The notes under the pieces are model-generated. The model was not told where the DNA came from. It was given only the letters and a program-made list of their open reading frames with translations, and did no database searches. The translations under genes and the position numbers were made by a program. This document shows, one piece after another, positions 36,667-64,000 of a stretch of DNA of 64,000 nt; position 1 is the first letter of the stretch; each line of letters starts with the position of its first letter. Source of the stretch: Lama guanicoe (Eukaryota); NCBI GenBank assembly GCA_013239625.1, contig MU053136.1, positions 18,017-82,016 on the forward strand. The letters run 5' to 3'.

Positions 36667-37199
36667 AGTGGGTTTAAAAAACCCATCTGTGAATGGGAGC
36701 TGACCCTTCCGTTGTTCATTCGGGCACTACCCCCTCCTTCCCTCAAAACTCCTGTCAAGACGAAGCTGGAGCGCCCGGGCTGGGAGACCAGCTGCGCACT
36801 CAGCACTGGGGTTTTGCTCAAGGTAACAGAAGTCGGGCTACGTTAGCTCTTCCCCGGCCCCCCTGTGGAATCAAGGCCACTGTCATCCAGGTGCTTAATA
36901 AGCATATGCTTGGTGTCCTGTTGACTTCTGGGGGCGAACCAGAAGCCCCAAGGGACTTGGAGGCTTCATTCCCCTGTGCCCCTTACTGACTTTCCCAAAC
37001 CAGGACCCTTGAAACACAGAGCCCAGCATGGTTCTTGGCACATAGTAGGCACTCAGGTACTGATTGGACTGACCTCTGACTCCAAGAGAGACCCAAAGGG
37101 GCAAAACTTCCCCTCTGAGAAATGCCCAGAAGCTTCTCAGGGAGGCCCTCGCCAGCCTGGACATGGCAGGAGCTGAGCGGGCAGCCCCAGCCCCTGCCT

Positions 37200-37620
37200 C
37201 CAGTCGTCAGTGTAATGCATCCATATCTACAATATGGCAAATTTCATATCCTCCCTCTGTCCTGCATTATTGATGGGCTGTGCACTTTAAAAAAATCAAT
37301 TAGATCAGGGCGTGGAGCCGGAGTTAAAAGAACAGAAGCCTTTAAAAGTCTGCTCTTACTGTTTCTGCTGTTTTGAATAGGAACAGATAAAGCTTTCCCT
37401 CTGGTTTGAGTAAGTCAAGCCCAGGGCTCGGTTGGCCGTGATTGGCCAGGACTCAGAAAATGCGGTTACGATGCAAATCCAAGCAAATATAGCCTGGTGT
37501 CTGTGGGCCATTACTAAGCTAAGGCAGCTGGGCCTGGAGCCGCCCACTTTGGGGTGGCTCCTGTCACCACTGCTGCTTACCTGCCAGAGAACGGGGACTA
37601 CTGGTGAGAGAGAAGGCAAG
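37200..37620 (+). promoter_or_regulatory. AVIL: probable AVIL promoter and non-coding first exon (donor at 37620/37621)
   Basis: Reverse CCAAT (ATTGG 37441-37445), octamer ATGCAAAT 37471-37478, forkhead-like AAGCAAATA 37481-37489, GC box CCGCCC near 37541, strong donor AAG|GTAAGG. Confidence 0.6.
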
Positions 37621-39772
37621 GTAAGGGCTTTTGGCTTACGGGTTCACGTCGGTAGAGCAAGTTTACTGAATGAGAAAGAAGAGGAGGAGGAGGTTGAAAT
37701 CTCCTTGACTTTGTCTTCTTGGGTGAGGCTTTTAAAGGGTTAAACCAGGAGTTTGTGACCAGTTTTGCAGACTTCCTGCTGAGAAGCTGAGGTGTCTTTC
37801 AGAGACCACTAAACATAAGGCACATTTTCAAAAGCTGGGGAAGGTGGGGAAGACTCCATTCAGCCATCTCAGAAAGACGGAATGGGGCAAGGCAGAAGTT
37901 AAAAGCAGCTTCCTCTGCTTAGGGTCCACTTACAGGACTGTCAGTAGGAATGAAAGGCCACTGGACCCCACCCAGGGGCTTGTGCGGTGGTCCCAGGGTG
38001 CTGAGTTAAGCTAGGACTTGCGGACTAGGGAGAGACCGAGCTTGGGGGGCTTTGCTGTCACAGATGGAGCCGCATTTTCTGGGTGTTCCAGTGTGGCAGT
38101 AAGTCCCTTCTTTGAGCATGTCCTCTCCTGCATTTTGGGGGCCCTGGCCCAAAGAGCTCGACTGCTGCGTCCCTGCTGGGAAACGGGACTGCTTCTGGCC
38201 CCTGGACTCACAGTCCTAGTCAGTGCCTTTGGTCTGGCCTTTACCAGGCTGACACTTCTCTATCTCCAAGGAATGAATTCACTGCCCCTTGGCCCCTTCC
38301 CTTACCTGGGTCACAGCATTTACCTTTAATGACTGAAATCTAGGGTCTGAAGAAAACCTGAACAAATATTTCCCGGCAATTCTGAGCAGCATAGGGCAGG
38401 GCAGGGCCAGTTATCAAATTAAGTCCTCAAATACTGGCTGTTCCGCGTCACTGCTCGGCTTTAGGCCTGCTATAGCAGCGAGTAGACAAAGGGAGGTTTT
38501 TGTTTGTCTTTGGTTGTTTTGCCAATGTCCGTACTAGGTAATGGCACATGTTCTCCAACCCTGGGCTCCCCCACCAAGGCTCAGGGAAAGAATGGCCAGG
38601 CGTGCCCCTCTTAACAAGCTCAGCGTGCCTCCAAACGGCAAACCTCAGCTAGTCCTTTCTGAGTGTTTTCTCACCCTGTGTAAATCCATCAAATGAATCC
38701 TTTTTCCTTTGCCTCTCGGGAGCACTCACAGTACACACTGATGTGTATTAGCATCGGACTGCAAGCCCCTTGAGAGCAAGGACCAGGCCAGCATTTTCAT
38801 TGTCTACAGCCCATGTGACCACAGATGCGTGTAGGTGCTTGACGCACGTTGACTAGAGACCGCACACAGCCCGCAGGGCTTCCCTTCACCTCTCCCCGTC
38901 CCCGCAGCGCCACCGGCTCGGTCAGGGTGGGGTAGCGAGGAGGGCATCTGCCCACGGGCCTCGCCCACCTTCCCCTGCTGGCGCCCCGCGCTCTGGGTCC
39001 CAGGCCCAGCCTTGCCATTTTACTTTTTCTTCTGTGAGGCACAGGGAACGTGTTAGTCATATGACAAAAGCAAGATGGGTTGAGTTTTTGGATAGTTTAC
39101 TTAAAAGAAAATAGTCTGGAAAGGAAAAGTCCAAAGAGTTGAGTGTGGAGAGGACCTGGCAAAGCAGGGGATCTGGGAAGAGTTAGAGGGAACGAGAACG
39201 AGAAGGAAACCCAGTTTGGAAATACATATTCTGACGTCAGCTTTTCAGTCCCGTGTGCCACTGACTAGATAAATTAGGAAGGGCTGCAGTACATCAAAGT
39301 GACTAAAAAAAAGAGCACAGGTTTTAGGATCAGATACGGATTTCGTCCTAGTGTGTGAACTTGAATAAATTATTTAACCTCTCTGAACCTCGATTTTCCC
39401 ACAATATAAGGTGAAGAAAATATACTCAGCTTAGGAGAATTAAATGAGATGACATAAAGTGAATCAACACAGGGCTTAACATATTTGTCGTCCCTTCGGT
39501 AAATAACTGTGGCTTTTACTAGAGCTCCTAACTAGGGAAGGGGCAAGCGGGGAGCAGAACTTCCGGTGGGGATCCCCGAGCCAGCCAGGCTTGAGGCGTG
39601 ATCTTGGACGAGTCATTTCCCTCAGCTGTGAGACAGTGCAGGGATGCCCCACAAGGACGTGGCCGGGTGGCTGATAAGCAGTTGGGAAGTGACTTAGGAG
39701 GAAAGCTGGCTGGACGCCTGCTGTCATCTCCCCGCTTGCTCTGTGAAGTTCCAGGCCCAGGAAGACAGCAGC

Positions 39773-54659
<14,887 letters not shown>

Positions 54660-55121
54660 GGCAAGAAGGCATCTGCCTATTACAAGATCATAGAAGACAG
54701 CAGATAGTGCCAGTATCAGGAAAGAATTTATCTACTAATTTTTCCCTAACATCCAGCTGCTTAATGTAGATGTAGTAGGGTCTGCAAATCACAGCATGGT
54801 CTCCATTTCTCTCATTCCTGCAATCCTTAGTTGTTATATGCCTAGAATGTTAACACTGACTTTGTGGTTTTTGTGGCCTTCTGGCTCAAGCCTCAGCAGA
54901 AAGCACTAAAACTGCATGAATCTGGAGAAGTCAAAAGTAAGAGAACAAAAAAACTAAGTTTTAAGTGTTTAATATTGGGGCAAGAACCTAAGTTTGCTTT
55001 AACTTTTAAGATCGATATATTGCCTATTTAACCCACAAATCACTGAAGTTATTCACATATATACCCAAAGTCAAAATCTAAATGCTCAGATCTAAATGTG
55101 CGAGAGATTTTTAAATTTTCA

Positions 55122-55127
55122 AATAAA
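55122..55127 (+). terminator. AVIL: AVIL polyadenylation signal AATAAA
   Basis: First canonical hexamer seen downstream of the stop (~460 nt). Confidence 0.65.
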
Positions 55128-55811
55128 AATGCCTGTATTAGCAAATGGAAGTCCTTTCAGTATTTTGGGTCTGCCTGTTATGGTAACTATTTTGTTATGT
55201 TGGGAGAAATGTCTCAAACAGGGAAGCAAAGAGGCACTGCTGAATGAGCTCTCTGGATAACTGGAATTCCTGTTTCTGGCACAAGAATGCTGAAATCTGC
55301 CTTACAGCTGTCCAGGAAACCTCAGAACCCACCCATCCACACCCCACTATCCAGAAGAGAAACAGGGCTATGTGTTATTAATTTCAGTAATGAGGCCAGA
55401 ACCAGTGTGTGTACCACTACAGAGAGCCTTCAAAGCACGCTACAGACATCAACACATGAACCACATTTTCCAGGCAACTCCAAGTTTAAGTCAACAATTC
55501 CAAAGGAATCCATGTGGCACAAGAAATGTAACCAGGGAAGCTCCAGGATGGAAGCACAGCCGAAAGCATCACAAAGCAAAGCCGAAGAAGAGAGTTCTAT
55601 GTCACAGGAGGAGCAGGCTAGAAGGGGCTAGATGTGTTAGGGGCACCGTCATAAATCTGTGTTGAAGCAGCAGCAGGCAGCTGGTAATGCCTGTTCTTCC
55701 AGACGCTCAGTCACTTCAAGAAGGCCCACCTGTTGTTTTCTAAAACCCTCACAAGTCTAGCACAAAAGAGCTGGACCAGCATTACGCAAACGAGGAAAAC
55801 ATGCTACTTTC

Positions 55812-55817
55812 TTTATT
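55812..55817 (-). terminator. TSFM: TSFM proximal polyadenylation signal (AATAAA on minus strand)
   Basis: TTTATT on + strand ~170 nt past the TSFM stop. Confidence 0.55.
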
Positions 55818-55985
55818 GTATAACAATTCTATTTAATGACTTTACCCACGAAGTATATAATTTCATTACGAACTCAAATGAAAAACAAATTCTGGGTGTG
55901 AAGAGGCTTAGGAAATAACTTCTGCTTATAATGATGTCCGGAGTTAAGAATAAACATTTCCTCCTGGGCCTAACATCTCTGGAAC

Positions 55986-63750
<7,765 letters not shown>

Positions 63751-64000
63751 CTGCAGGGGGTAAGAAGAGGGGTGAGAAGCAGGGGGCATCCAGGCGCTCC
63801 GGGGGAGGCGGGGCACGTCGGCCGGGGGGCGACCTTCGGAGAGACTGGGGCTCAGAGAGCGGGGGGAAGGCAGCGGGACCGCGAAGAGGCGCCGAGGGCG
63901 GGGAAAGGCGGGGAGAGGGTGGGATGGAGCACAACGGACGCGAGGGAAGGGAAGGGCGCGTGCCCGGCGCACGGGAGGCCCGCAACAAAGGCAGGACGGG

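Larger units (their letters stand above)
33032..36685 (+). other. CTDSP2: CTDSP2 3'UTR (~3.65 kb)
   Basis: Runs from the stop codon to an AT-rich terminal block with AATAAA at 36661-36666. Confidence 0.75.

Overview
Mammalian genomic DNA, probably from a camelid: three tRNA-derived SINE copies resemble the camelid Vic-1 family, and young L1 3' ends are present. The window covers the conserved CTDSP2 - AVIL - TSFM block. CTDSP2 (+) is complete, with 8 coding exons at 14113-33031 (271 aa, DLDET phosphatase motif), miR-26a-2 in intron 5 and a ~3.6 kb 3'UTR. AVIL/advillin (+) has 19 coding exons at 39773-54659 (816 aa) and a probable non-coding first exon near 37.6 kb. TSFM (-) has 5 coding exons at 55986-63750; its first exon lies beyond the right edge. 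The first 13 kb is intergenic, with nested transposons and an orphan CpG island. The main anomaly is a 131-bp tandem duplication of the acceptor and first 87 nt of AVIL coding exon 9, which creates a competing upstream 3' splice site leading to a premature stop. It is either a real allele or an assembly artefact. Other observations: a 30-bp copy of the exon-10 donor region in intron 6, a miR-26 seed site in the host gene's own 3'UTR, an octamer-containing AVIL promoter, and frame-compatible CTDSP2-AVIL read-through splicing. I found no clearly novel gene system. Gene and repeat family names come from recall, not database searches.
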